DNA from: Balanoglossus misakiensis | Taxonomy: Eukaryota; Animalia; Hemichordata | Assembly (NCBI GenBank): GCA_040954595.2 | Contig: CM082587.2 | Location: 7,677,705-7,741,704, forward strand | Length of the DNA stretch: 64,000 bases | Direction of reading: 5' to 3' | In this document: piece by piece, positions 1 to 12,837 of the stretch | How positions within the stretch are numbered: the stretch's first letter is position 1 | Layout of the letters: each line of letters opens with the position of its first letter | Notes under the pieces: generated by a model | Seen by the model: the letters and a program-made list of their open reading frames with translations, nothing else | Databases searched by the model: none | What the model was told of the DNA's origin: nothing | Program-made: the position numbers and the translations under genes

Positions 1-2
1 TT

Positions 3-31
3 GGGGAGGAGGAGGGGGAGGAGGAGGAGGA
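3..31. repeat. (GGA)n purine-rich tract
   Basis: ggggaggaggagggggaggaggaggagga. Confidence 0.85.
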
Positions 32-682
32 AGCGAAGTAACGGTATACACGTAGAATGAGAGGGTGTGAAGAGTTTGTAAACATGCAGGTGCCGTGGAG
101 AGCGTGGCGGATGGAGCGAGTGTCCACAAACAGACGGCTTTTGTAAGCCTTGCGGAACCATAGTGGAACTGACGTATTTGCCATAACGAACGTGTGACGT
201 GGAGTGTTGATTGACACGTCCACAATGCTTGGCTATGAACTTGAAAAAGACTGAAAAAGTGGACATCACGTTTGATTTTGAACTGTCACTCGAAACCTTT
301 TGTGAATGTTTGATATTTTGTGCCAGCTTCAGCATGTCGTGACTCCCAACACCTACTTGGTAAACCCACTCTAGATACACTGCAGTGGTAAACGTGAAAC
401 CTCCGCTTCCTGAAGTGCTTTCAGTTATGAGGAGTTCGTTGAGTAGACTGTCAACATCAAAACTTCGGAAAATAATAAAACACTTGATGTCCATGATAAA
501 AATAAAATACAATAATATAGTTTGTCATTCTGTTGTTGAACAGATAAAAAAATAGGAGTAAACGAGCGAGCTGATTTAGGAAACATGTTTTCAATGGAAA
601 TGAAAAAAAACAATAACCTTATTTTTAGAAAGAGTTCTTCATGAACAAAGAAAACAAACTGACATACAATATTCTGAAAGCA

Positions 683-733
683 CAGACAGACAGACAGACA
701 GACAGTCTATCAGACAGACAGGCAGGCAGACAT

Positions 734-778
<45 letters not shown>

Positions 779-787
779 AAGACAGGC
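683..787. repeat. (GACA)n tetranucleotide microsatellite, imperfect
   Basis: Direct read of cagacagaca arrays with interruptions. Confidence 0.95.
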
Positions 788-960
788 TAGAACCAGTAAT
801 AAAGGGCAATGCATAAACGACTACATCAGATACGGGAATGGTAAACTGGCTGATGCATATTTAGACAGAGAGACGGTGAATAAAGAAAATACCAGAGGAC
901 GATTGAATTTAATTCCTTTGCAAGGTTTACATGTAGGTCTTGGTCAGCAGATACGCTAAA

Positions 961-968
961 TGACGTCA
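961..968. promoter_or_regulatory. Palindromic CRE (TGACGTCA) upstream of the prohormone coding exon
   Basis: Exact match; TGACGT half-sites near 170 and 195; function inferred only. Confidence 0.3.
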
Positions 969-3795
969 CACTGACGAGTATGGTAATTTCCGTTGTGTGA
1001 TGATTAGTTCATTAAGTAAAGCAGTGGGCGGTGTGTTAAAATTCGAAAGATGTACACTGTCCATCTTCGAATCTTCTATAGGTAAATCGTTCTTGGTCAC
1101 GAGTTTTATCTTATCTTTAAAAGGCGCTTTGTTAGGATTTCGAGACGACAGAGGCAAATTTGATCATTGCACGAAAACGGGTGTAAATTTCATTCACTCT
1201 GTGGTAAGAATGGATTGATGATGTCACGGTGTATTTTATTAGGGTGTTTGACGTTCATCATGCCCGGAGGTAATACGTACATATCCGTTCCGTCTCATTA
1301 ATTTATATTTAGACGCGGCGAGCAGTATATACACGTATGCTTCCTGTGTGGATGAAGCAGGATTGACTGTGACATCAATGTATTTACGTACACATACAAC
1401 GATATTACACATTACAAGTTAATTTGTCATATTCGGCTGCATAAGTCTATCAGTGAATGACATGGAAGACAGTAACGTTTCCATGACTCGTCGCAAGACA
1501 GAAAGCAAGTCCTTCAGTTTCTTTCGGTGTTTTCATGACACTCCAATTGAAGGTGTTTGTCCAGTTGCCGTTGGCCCCTCCTACACTACAGTCTAAATTT
1601 CACACAACGCCACCACGTGTGGAATCTGGGCCACAAACGCGTTGCAAAGCAAGAGCGTCTCAGTCTGAAGGATGGAATACAACGGCGATAGTACTTCTCT
1701 TGGGACGGACGGCACACTTCTTCTGTGCGAATATTGTAAGGATGGTCGTCCGTGAAATTCTCCTCGTTTGCAACAGTTCGTGCATCTCTCCTTATTTCGC
1801 GCAGGCAGAACTACTTGACTTTTTTATGCCGGCAAATCTGCTGGTAATTCAAGGCGAACGCATCCAGAGTGGAATCTGCGCAGAAGGCTTGAAACACGAT
1901 GGCGGTCACGGGTAGATTATTCCATTTCCGCCAGGGTGACCCTCTTGTAGGACGTTCGCTCAATTCGAAAATTTTCACGTAAATGACCACAAATACACGA
2001 AAAAATGACTCAAAGCTCAGGGTTGAAACCAAGTCGACAGTGGTTTGTGAATCTGCCCCTCATGCCGAACATTAAACACGGAAAATTGACACAAGTTTAC
2101 AGAGAGTGGTGTTTTAAGATTCATGTCGGAAGGGTAATATTCTAGTAACCGTGGTTTAACGCACTCTTTTATTCCTGACCTATAAGCGTTACTTGTTGCC
2201 ATGACTACGAATGCTATCATAAAATTAATGGGTCCGTTCCATTCTGTGAGAAGACCCCAAACGATAATAAAGAGGATAGGAGTTGGTTTTAACCGAAACG
2301 ACACTATTTTCCAACCTCGGGGGATTTTGTATTTCAGGGATGGCCAGGATGGGGCCACCCCTTTCAGAAAATGGAACTTTCGAATTAAAAACCATGTATC
2401 GGTGTTATTGAATGGGGGTGATTTGCCGTTCCAGGTGCTGACGCAGTTTTATCATTTAAAATGCTTAAATTAAAGAATATTACCACTTAGAAAAGATTGT
2501 ATTTAGATTAAACGGGATGGTGCAAATGATGCCAATGTTTTTAACTCATTTCATCTATTCTATGTAGAACAAGCAATCTTTTCAGCCAAGTAATCAAAGA
2601 AAAGTCGTCTTGACATATTTTCCCATCAAAAGTCTGAAGGAAAATGTGGAAATCGCCGCTAGCGCTCTACAAACTAATGTCTTCAGGACAACGCATGCTT
2701 GCCGCTTTGCGTCTGAGTCAAGTGGCCTGTTCTATGGAAAAGTCTATTTTTCCAGAAATGGGTTGGATATCTGCGGGAGATGTTGGAGTCACCAATTGCC
2801 TTTTGATTCGTTTTGACTTTCAATCCATCAACCTGGCCGCGGGACATGTTCATTACGGGAAGGCCACCGGTGCTGTTTTCGCGTGCGGAAAGCAGTCGGG
2901 GCGTACCTGTGCAACTTCGGCAATCAGTCGCGCTCTCATCACCACGAACTCGCTTTGTATTCAGAAGTCGTCATATTCCCATTATGTAACACATATGCAA
3001 ATCATTCATTGACATGCAAACAACATCCACCATAACTTCAACCTCTACTACAATTACACAGCATCAACATACAGGTGCCCAAATGTGACTTGTGTTTATT
3101 GGTAAACCGAATGAAAAATAGACCTGGTTCAGGAAGTGTCAATGTAACAGTGCAACCTTCAACGCGCGTTTGTAGTAGTTATTGGAGATTGATTTATCAC
3201 TGTATTCCTAGAAGGAGCTGTATAGTAAATTGTCACAAGTGTGAGTTCGATAAATGGAACGAAAGGGCTTTGGCGAAATGACAGCGAGGCAGATATCACA
3301 GATGGTCTATTTGCGTACGTCAAGCGATACAAAATAAATGTTAACAGCTTGCGTGGCCTGAAGTGTTTACTGTTCGTTGTCATCTGCTGTTCCGCGTTGC
3401 AAGAATCTTCTCTGATGAAGGCATGTTACGAAAGTGGGATGCCTTGCTACATTCCGGTGAAGGAAGTCACATAGTTGAATTGGTTTAGCCATAGACAGCA
3501 GAGGGTTTAGCAATTTGGGTGGGGGGTCAGGTAGATCACTCGACAATAAACATTCATGTTTACAACCATAGACAGTTCAGTAGATCAACACACTTTGAAA
3601 TGGAACGGCAGCATAGACGCCCACTCGCGGCAGTGCAAGTTGGTAACGTGAAAAATGTATATGGTTATAACCACGCCTCGTTATGATGACGTAGTTGGGT
3701 TTGTCAATAATATACGAAGTCAAGTTCTGTGCGTTGTCAGAGTTTCTTACATGGCTTTGTGTTTTGTCTTTCAGTTTTCCAGTGCCTTATACAGT

Positions 3796-4362
3796 ATGGC
3801 GATCAACGGCCTTACCATTATCGTCTGCCTCGTTCTCAGCTGCTGTTCGCACCTGATTGAGGCGGATAAAGACTGGAACCAACCACTCTGGAATAAAGAC
3901 AAAGCTTTATATAACGCAATGGTAGAGGTTGCGGGGCAACTGCAGCAGTTACAGGAGAGCGTGAATGTTCTGTACGAAACCATTCTGGGTGACGAGACTG
4001 CGTCTCTACGTGATGACGCCACCGGTGGTTTCGATTGGGATCCTCGGCAGTCGCAGGCAGACCCTTGGTTGTCTGAACCGCTCGGCGGCTTCGATGGCTC
4101 GGTTAGACTTCCAGAAACGGCACCGGCCGCTTCGCCGAAGCATCCACACAGCCGCACCATCGCCGTTAACAAGAAGACACCGGAGACCGTGTCGTATAAC
4201 CGTGGCCCCGTCCACGACGGCGATGAAAGCGGTTTGTACCGGCCAGACAAGCGCCTGATGACCGAGGACACGCGCCGATCAAAACTTGCACGTCTGTTGC
4301 GACAGATTCTGGAGAACACCCAACAGCGAGCAGAGGTTCAGGGTCTCCGCGCCGGACGATAG
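3796..4362 (+). CDS. Secreted neuropeptide/prohormone-like precursor, 188 aa, single coding exon
   Basis: ATG at 3796 follows a pyrimidine tract with candidate acceptors (GTTTTGTCTTTCAG ending 3774; further AGs end at 3782 and 3794). Hydrophobic signal peptide MAINGLTIIVCLVLSCCSHLIEA, acidic spacer, KR site at 4249-4254, C-terminal G-R-stop amidation signal. The upstream part of the listed ORF (3655-3795) reads as intron. Confidence 0.8.
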   Translation: MAINGLTIIVCLVLSCCSHLIEADKDWNQPLWNKDKALYNAMVEVAGQLQQLQESVNVLYETILGDETASLRDDATGGFDWDPRQSQADPWLSEPLGGFDGSVRLPETAPAASPKHPHSRTIAVNKKTPETVSYNRGPVHDGDESGLYRPDKRLMTEDTRRSKLARLLRQILENTQQRAEVQGLRAGR

Positions 4363-5331
4363 AAGTAGAGAAATGGATTGGAGGAAAATACAGGCAATCA
4401 TAACACGTGGATGAAATTCTTCAGCGACCGACACTGATTTTTCAAAGCTTTGAACCCCGCAAGGGAAAAATATGTAACAGAAGTCTATCTGTGACATGCA
4501 CGGCGTGCCGTGGTGTTGGAAAGTACACGTACTTGGATAACAATGATCACACCTGAGTCAAAACTAAATTTTATACACAATGACAAACATTTCCGGAAGC
4601 ACTCCAAAAGGGAACTTTATCGATCGTATTGTTTTAGGAGGACAAATCGTAGTATTTAAAATTATTTTCGAATGGTGATAACAGGAATATTGAACATCAG
4701 TTTGGACAGATATCGACCGCGTAGAGACCAAGTCTGCATCTTTGACGCATTAACAGTCACCATACCGTTACCATACAAGGAGTTAACGCTATCACTTGCA
4801 TTTTCCAGAGTTTTTTTCAATTCAGAAACTCCGAGTCTGTGTTGCCTATGTAAGATACTCTTCTCCACCAACTATAAATTACTCAAGGCTTTGATTTGCG
4901 AGCGTCGCTGATATTTCCTAAGTGTAGAATTTATCATCTTCAAGTGTACATTTTGCATGATCATGCCCAGTCTTGTTCATGCGCGCAGCCTAGTTAAATG
5001 TATTTACTTTGAAACATTTTATCGTAGTCAAAGATGGTTAAATCTTATATTGTAAGCTTCGATTCGTTACGAGTTGTATTCTGTAGGGTATCAGATTAAT
5101 ACGCAAGAAGGTTATGCAAAATATGCTAGTGGTGTGTGGTTTATTGTCTTTTCATTTCAAACTTGAATTTCAGCCCGTCGTTATTGGCGCATTGAGCGAC
5201 GTTATTTTGCGAAAGAATCTGTGGAGTTTCAATGGTCTTTTGTTATCAAATTATTGTTTTATCGTTTACTAGATCATGTTCGAAATGGATGACTTGAAAA
5301 TTAAAGTCAATGGACAAACTTATTTAACTTT

Positions 5332-5337
5332 AATAAA
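5332..5337 (+). terminator. Candidate polyadenylation signal (AATAAA) of the prohormone gene
   Basis: AATAAA about 970 nt after the stop, at the end of an AT/T-rich UTR-like stretch; ATTAAA also at about 5300. Confidence 0.45.
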
Positions 5338-7423
5338 CGATTCTTCGTTATTAATCTTCTCATCATGGATACCGCAGCTGCTTCTTTAAGGTAGTTGTCA
5401 TAACTTGTGGGGGGGGGTATTGAAGCAGCCTTTTGCGGTTTGGACTGAGTGGTACCTCAAACCCAAAGAAAATGTTGGAATTGATTGCAGTTAGAGGATG
5501 GTAGGTGCTTTTTGTCGCCGATATTATATTAGAATTACATAATAGTTTTAGATGGGACATGACACCGGATAGGAGATCGCTAATGTTAAAAGGGACATCG
5601 TCGGCACCAGAAGGCTGTCCGTGACTCCAATCATTTGTCCGGCTGACGTGTTAAATACTCTCATTTTAAAAACACAGAACCTGGTGGTGAGGTTGTTTTC
5701 GTCTCATTTCTCGCACTTTCATGTTGGGGTTTCTGATTCCCATGCTGTCTATGTGCATGTACACGTCCCTTAGTGAAATAGCAATTACCGAGAAATGTTT
5801 CCCGCGGGAAATAGGCGATCCTACCGACAAGCCCCATCAAAACACACATTTTCGAAAACGTTATAATATATTACGTCTCTAACGCCATTTCCTGCGCAGT
5901 ATGTCGAGTCCAACAGGGACATCTCCTCTATGAAATAATCAAGAAATATGCCTACCCTTTCCCTGTATTTTATTGACACAATACTTACAGTACGTTTCAC
6001 CCCCTCCTGGACATTGGATTGGAACTTTCAATTTTCATCTCTACAACAATTGGCACACCGATTAATTTGTTTATTAGTTCGAATTAAGGCGTTTGCGATA
6101 ATTCATGCATCAGTCAATACAATTAGCAGCGGCACTGCATTTCAAGCAAGCAGTACCCGGGTGTTTACTTGAAAAGCTGAAATCTGAAGGTTTTCATGGG
6201 TTAATTTTGAAAGTTTACAATACATTGCTTTTACGTGTTGCTAATTAATCAGTATCACCGCACCCAGGCATCATTTATTTAATATAGCCCGTGGCGAATA
6301 ATAAAAATAGAAAATTAACCTATCTTTTAATTTATGCCCAGGATACATGTATACCTCAGGCTTGAGTGAACGCGTTTGATTTTTCCTTCTTCATTGTAGG
6401 ATTGGACAGAGTAAACAATCTTCTAGTTTCGACAAGAGTCACCAGGCAGTAATTGGGTCAAACAATGAAGTGATTTCAAGTTGCAAACTAAATATATAAC
6501 AAAAAAAAACAACAACAAGAAAACGCTGACCTAAATCTTCAGTTTATATTTTAAAATCGCACAAGGGAAATCATAGATGAAGGAAAACATTAGAGATGAA
6601 TTCATTAGCTTTGGTGATACATAACGTACATACGTAGTCAGTGTCTTTATAAGCTGCTTATAAACAACATTTTCTGGGGGCACATAAGGATTGATATTGG
6701 TCCTAGCAGAATCAAATTACCAACATTATATTTAAAATATTCCCAAATAATGTAAATCCACCAGATCAGAAAATATTACCCCACAAATCAGTGATTTTCA
6801 ATGAAACAAATCGCCATTTTTATGTTAACAGTAGACAGTTATTTCATTCTGTTCGCCATATTATTATCCACGCCAGTCAAATTGTCTGCAACTGTGAATA
6901 GCCACGGGGTTGAATGAGGCAATGTTTGGTGTTTTTAATACGCTTGAGTATAAACGTAGGCATCCTCTCGTGTTAGTATTATAAATTACAACTTTCAAAA
7001 TTCCCTTCAAAGTACGACATTAAACATTGACTTCTGGCAACAATATTAATCTTCCGTCTCGTCACTCAATAGTTTACACATTTTCCACCAGCCACTTTTG
7101 CGAACTCAGCATAATGAGATCGCTGTTAAAAGCGATGTGAGTTGTTTATTTAAAATACTGAGAAATTACTGGTTCCATTCAACGTATTCTTTATCGGGGT
7201 CTTTACAGACGACAACAAACCCTGCTTGTCTTGCCTTCTATATTAGTTGTAAAAACTAATCGGAGAGGTAATTAATATCGTTCCCCCTATAAATTGGCCT
7301 GACATCGCTACAAATAATTACGTCAAATCAGGAAACGATTTTGTTGGGCTGATAATGCTATTCAATCATCCCTTTTTTTCCAAAGTGAGGTAATCCTATA
7401 ACAAGTGCTCCCCGTGTGAATTG

Positions 7424-7431
7424 TGACGTCA
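7424..7431. promoter_or_regulatory. Palindromic CRE (TGACGTCA) in the CpG-rich intergenic region
   Basis: Exact match; further TGACGT sites at about 8765, 8776 and 8871. Confidence 0.3.
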
Positions 7432-10289
7432 AGACTCAAACCAGAAGTGACAAAACAATTATAGCTTGCCCCCGAAATCAATTAGACATCCATGGCAGCG
7501 AGTGATAATAATTGTGTCAAACTGGACCCACCGTGACCACCCTGCTCCTTGATTGTCGTTCATGCTTCGGGAGCTGAATCGCCTTCGAGCATGGAAAGGC
7601 GAACTTGAGAGCCGTCACAGTCAAAGCCGTCGATGGTGTCATCTGCGCGCGCAGGCAGAACAGTGTCACTTGTCATGTTGGGAAGAAAAAATAGCAATCA
7701 CAATTGGCGGCGAGTTGAACGCCTTTACAAGAGGATGTGTGCATCGGATCAATTATTCGCCCCTATACATGCCGCAGAAATGCCCATGGCGGTGTATTAA
7801 TAATAGGCTACACCATGAAACGCGAGATTCAATACCTATTTCCGGGGAAGAAAAACGACATTACTGTTGTCATTATAATTGAACATATATCATCATGAAA
7901 ATGCCCCCCCCACCTAAGTCAAAGAAAATGGAAATATTAATGTGGAGCTCTATTACATCGAAAGCTGTGTCAAGCGATAATGAGTAAACTTGGCAGTTGT
8001 CATTAAAGTCTCTTTACATAAATTTCATGATCCTGTAGTTTCGTATACGGAGGGTATCGTAAGTCATTGACACGTGTCTGTTTTTTCTTCCACCTATACA
8101 ATGCACGATGGGTAACTTTGGGCATATCAGAAAGAAATCCCTCTAATTTTGGTTCAACGCACTCCAGGCTTGTTGTGGGAACTCGTAACGAACACAAACC
8201 TGTGTAAATACCTCTTTGTGGTGTAACTTGGCTTGTTTGTGTTGATATTTGCGCGCCTTGACGGAAAAAAATAACGTACAAGTGCGTTGATATGTGTCAG
8301 CAGCACGTTGGCATAGGCATCACGCATGCGCGTGAAATCTGCAAAGACGGCTAAAACACTCGGCCTTTTCGCCAGATTTGCGGAGATGACAAGCAAAGAC
8401 TATTTTTTATTAAATCAACGTCGAATACCACAGGTCAAGGTTTGTTACTGACATTTCAAGTTTGATATACCCGGTAGCATTTTACTCTTTCCATATCTAC
8501 ATTCTAAACCTCTTGTCAAATCTGTATTGGGCTCACAATGGCACGGTGTCGCCGCTTCATTAGTGTGGAAGTTCTATGACTAGGAACAAGCACTCTTGAC
8601 GGAGCGCAGACGACAAGTTGCGGCGCCAGTTGTTCGGGGCTTTCCTTAGTGTGAGGATGATCCAATTGTGGCCAGGTATAATTCTTTTCATAATCCTCTA
8701 AAATGCGTTTGTCATTTTTCATTTGGCGCAGTCCTTTGGACAGTGACGGCGCGCTCTCGTTCGATGACGTAGGTTGACGTAAGGGGAATGGTGTCATCAG
8801 TAGATTTTTATTTGCTCCGTTCCCGTCGATGAAACTCGGGACGCGGTGGTAAATTAGATCTTACGGGTGATGACGTGGCTAGCTGACTTCTGTCTTCAAT
8901 GGAAGCACGTAGACGTGGTCATGAAGTCGCCAAAAGCATCGCTGAGTCGCGGTCTTTAGAATATAATGCATACACTGCCCATAAAGGGAGACATTTGTAC
9001 TGGTGTCGTGAGGACCCTTCGGGCTGGCAAGCATACTATTTAAACACACTTATCAAAACTCCAAAATTAGGAAAATTGACTATTCCAGTAAAATCGTTCT
9101 ATGGAGTTCAAGTTGAGATGAGTCAAGAAAACGACCACTAACAGTCGCTAGATAGGGCGACGGCGTTATAGTTATTCAGAAAGTGAGAAATAGTTCAAAG
9201 CGCTTACTTGAAGTGTATACGTTAATGAGCATTGTTTGGTTATTAAATATTATGAATGATGAATATTCATGAAACTCAGACCGTGTTCAATACAAACACT
9301 TGAGCTTGATTGGACGACGATAGCCGGGCCGAGCACCTGTTTTCTCGGCGGTCTTTAACATTTGCGCTGGAAAACTAACAGTTTGGATTATAACACACCA
9401 TGCGGCCAACCCCTCCATCGTGATTCGTCAATACGCCGTCACGTGACCTTAGTCATTTCGGAACTGTTCCCTAGGATATCAGTTCGATCGGTTTCTGCCC
9501 GGTACTGTTGCCTGGATGTGGTGTGTGTCGTGTTTGGTGTGTGATAAAACACATGATGACTGACATATTCGGGCGACAGTGTATTTTTGATAACCTCGGG
9601 ACTGCCAGTCACACCAAAACAGTCTGTCGGGCTATATACTGTACTGTACACATGTTCACTCTGGTGTTACCCCAAGTCTACATACACGTTGTGTGAGGGC
9701 GCACGACTTTTATTTTCCGGTCGTACGCCTATGGAAAAATGGGTCTGTTGTTAAAATCAAAGGCAATGGAAACTTATAAACGCGAAAGCTCTAAGACTTC
9801 ATCTAACCAGGTCTTGTCTCGTCTAAATGTCAACTGCCAATGATAATTCGTTTAGCCCAGTTGAGTGAACTTCGCACGGCAACAAGGAACAAGCAAGATG
9901 CAAATTATAAGACAAGCTGGTCCGTCAATTTGCGGTGTCTCTATGTTTTGATGCAAGTTCTGCTAAATAATACAAAATAACGCCATGAAAGTAGGGATGG
10001 AATAAATAACCTCAATTACTTCCTAGGAAAAGACGACATCCCAATTTCGACGGTCCCAGTGTGTCAGTCTCAGTGAACTTTGTCGACGTGGTTTTTCTTC
10101 TGAAAACAAAAGACGTGTCGAGATATGATGCTAGGTGGCGCCCTACCCTCCAACCCCATCCCAAAGCCTGAAAATGATTGCGTTCTGGTGTACCACAAGC
10201 AATATGATTGAAACACACACACAAACCTGTCTTCACTGGTTTTACTTTAAAAAAATCAACACCATGAGGCATAACAACCTTTGACCTGG

Positions 10290-10295
10290 TTTAAT
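10290..10295 (-). terminator. Candidate distal Abl polyadenylation signal (ATTAAA), implying a 3' UTR of about 4.9 kb
   Basis: Minus-strand ATTAAA followed by GU/U-rich sequence (GGTGTTGATTTTTTT...GTTTGTGTGTGTG). Sequence from 10.3 to 15.2 kb is U-rich on the minus strand, and composition changes beyond this point. Inference only. Confidence 0.45.
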
Positions 10296-11758
10296 ATATT
10301 AAAATAATAATTACACTTTACATTTCAGAATTATCCATCGATTTTTTTCAAACTCATGTCTTTCTTGCCTTATATTTTACAGTTTTTCCCTTTTCTGAAC
10401 TTAATAGAACATTTTTTTAAAAAGTCATAACTTGCAACAAAAGCATTGTCAATACATTAACTGTCAACAGCTTCGATTGAAAACAAAACAAAATAAAACA
10501 TTGCATGGCCAGACTTCACCAAAAGTCATGTAAAATGTTATATACATAACCTCATATAGTTTAAATTGTCTCTCAGTTTTTTTTTTTACATTTTGTGCCC
10601 ATCTGCCAAACTGCAACCAAGTTTACAATACTGTTTCAAACTTTTCCAAAGATACTTGTACATCAACATGTAACACCTGCTCCTTGCCCTTGCATGTCAA
10701 GCACCACCCCTACAACTCACAATGGTACGGGCCACAATTATGATAAATGCCAGGGTCTAATAATCTAAGTTTGCAACGCAGGGGAGTCCGCGAAGATGGG
10801 CAAAATGAAGTTGTCAATGGTTTCCTTCAAGATTGAGATCATAGCAATATTTCCAACTTCCATTGGCTATTAAACACTTTATCTGCTATAGAGAGAGTTA
10901 AGTTTCAGCAGCAGGGTTTAGCATGAGCCACAAGAATTACCAGCGGGTCAAATTTGTGGCAAACCCCTTGCAGTGTGCAGAGAGTAACATGTGTAATGAA
11001 AACACACAGGAAAATCAACTTTCAAAAGACGAATGCTCAGAAACAAAACAGACACCTGAAAAGTCTCCATGGGGAATACATGTAGTACCTTCAATGCCTA
11101 ACCCATTCTTTTCTCCTCCATTTATTAATACATGTACATGTATACAAGTCCAACTTCACAACAAATTCGTGTGAATCACACGGCAGGTATCTGCGACCAC
11201 CACCTATAGCAAGGAATATTGTGCCCCCGAATTGACTGCCCAGAAGAGAAAAAAAAATGCCTTTTCGACACAATTTTGGTTAACTCTAAAGATGAATTCT
11301 ATTTATAGTTAACAACACTAAACAGTTAATTACAAGACCACCCCTCCCCTGCAGTATCTAAAGTTTACAAATGTAAACATGTAATTGTATTGGAGAAACT
11401 TTTACTTCTTAACTCAGTAGACGGTTGACCATTACTTTTGGAATGCTTTAGTGAATAATGACCATCCGAAATGATAGCATATCAAGCTGCTGCTGGGAAC
11501 ATGTCATGATCAAAAAGTAGAGTGACTGGAAATGCCAGAATAATTCAAAGAGCTTATCTAGTGATGTTCTGCCATCATAGATCACCTTCAAACCTAGCAG
11601 AAACCAGGTACACTCATATGCACAACTTTTGAAATGATGATGGCACGTTTGGACAACCACGTTCTTTTGGCCGTTGTTAGTGCACCCCCAGCAGAAAACA
11701 AACCTCAACCATTTTTAAATGACAAGGTGCCCGCAGCAGTTTGAATTGTGTATATTAA

Positions 11759-11829
11759 CCCTTTCAAGCCTGGCTTTCTGGGAACGTATCCGAATTTCTC
11801 CTATATATAGCATATCTGGCCAGAAAGGG
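11759..11829. mobile_element. 71-bp piggyBac-like mini-element, copy 1
   Basis: TTAA|CCCTTTC...GAAAGGG|TTAA; interior is the reverse complement of the copy at 31494-31560. Confidence 0.8.
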
Positions 11830-11988
11830 TTAAAAGCCACAATATCACAACCTGGGCAGATAATCAAATAAACACTTCGTGCTGGAGGATTTTTTTTAGC
11901 CGGGTGCATTGTCTGGGAACTACTTGGTAACAGCTGTTACTCAACTCTGGGGGCAAAAAATAGGTGACCAATTTTTGTGTGGTTTTAA

Positions 11989-12066
11989 TTTAGTGTAATT
12001 TATACTAATTGATGAATTACCTGGTTTTTAGTGTAATTTATACTAATTGATGAATTACCTGTTTTT
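11989..12066. repeat. 38-bp tandem duplication
   Basis: TTTAGTGTAATTTATACTAATTGATGAATTACCTG occurs twice, at 11989 and 12027. Confidence 0.92.
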
Positions 12067-12837
12067 TAGAGTATAGAATAGAATTGTGGGAAGATAACAA
12101 GACCACTGATCAAATGTAAATTTATCACAAGAATGAATTTTTTGGAACATCGACCAATCACACTATTAAAGGCAGGCAATGCTTCACTCTGGAAAATAGA
12201 GAGATTTTTTGCCAATGGAGATCTTGCACTGTAGATGTGATTTAAAAGTGACAAATACATTATTTTATATGCCAGATGTTTGCAATGGGGTTAGAAATGT
12301 ATGTAAATAACACGGTAAAATTTTATCGTAGCAAGTTTCTCGGGAATACTGATAAAATCGGAGATTATGAAATGACAGAAAAATGACTCTCGATGGTCTA
12401 TTCTTGATACTGATCTACACTAAAATAGACAGAATATCTGAACTTGTACGCTAAATATTTTTTGTATAATACTTCCCAGTAGTCATACAAATTCAGACAG
12501 ACTTCTGTGGTGTAGAATCTAGAATGATAACTTAAATGAGCTGATTAGTTTGTATTTAACAGGCTGTGATCCAGCCACAGCAGAAATATGATTACGGCCA
12601 CATCAGCCAGTACATCAGATAAATTAAAATTAGACTATGGAATTCCATACGGCTGGCACCAATCAATAGTTTGCTAGCATCTTTCACCCCCAATTCCCTC
12701 TTAAGAGGTCTAACCTTACCATAGAAAACAATGGGTTTGGACTGAACCATTGTGGTGGAAGGGTTAAAGGGGAACGGTCGTCTGAACTGCATGTGTGCGA
12801 TTTTCCCTGCATATGCACACACCATCCACACTGTTCA

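Noticed and set aside
3655-3795. Upstream ATG of the 235-aa ORF
   Set aside because: Contains a polypyrimidine tract and acceptors; the signal peptide begins at ATG 3796.
3771-4319. 182-aa antisense ORF over the prohormone exon
   Set aside because: Shadow of the GC-richer sense coding exon; no independent features.
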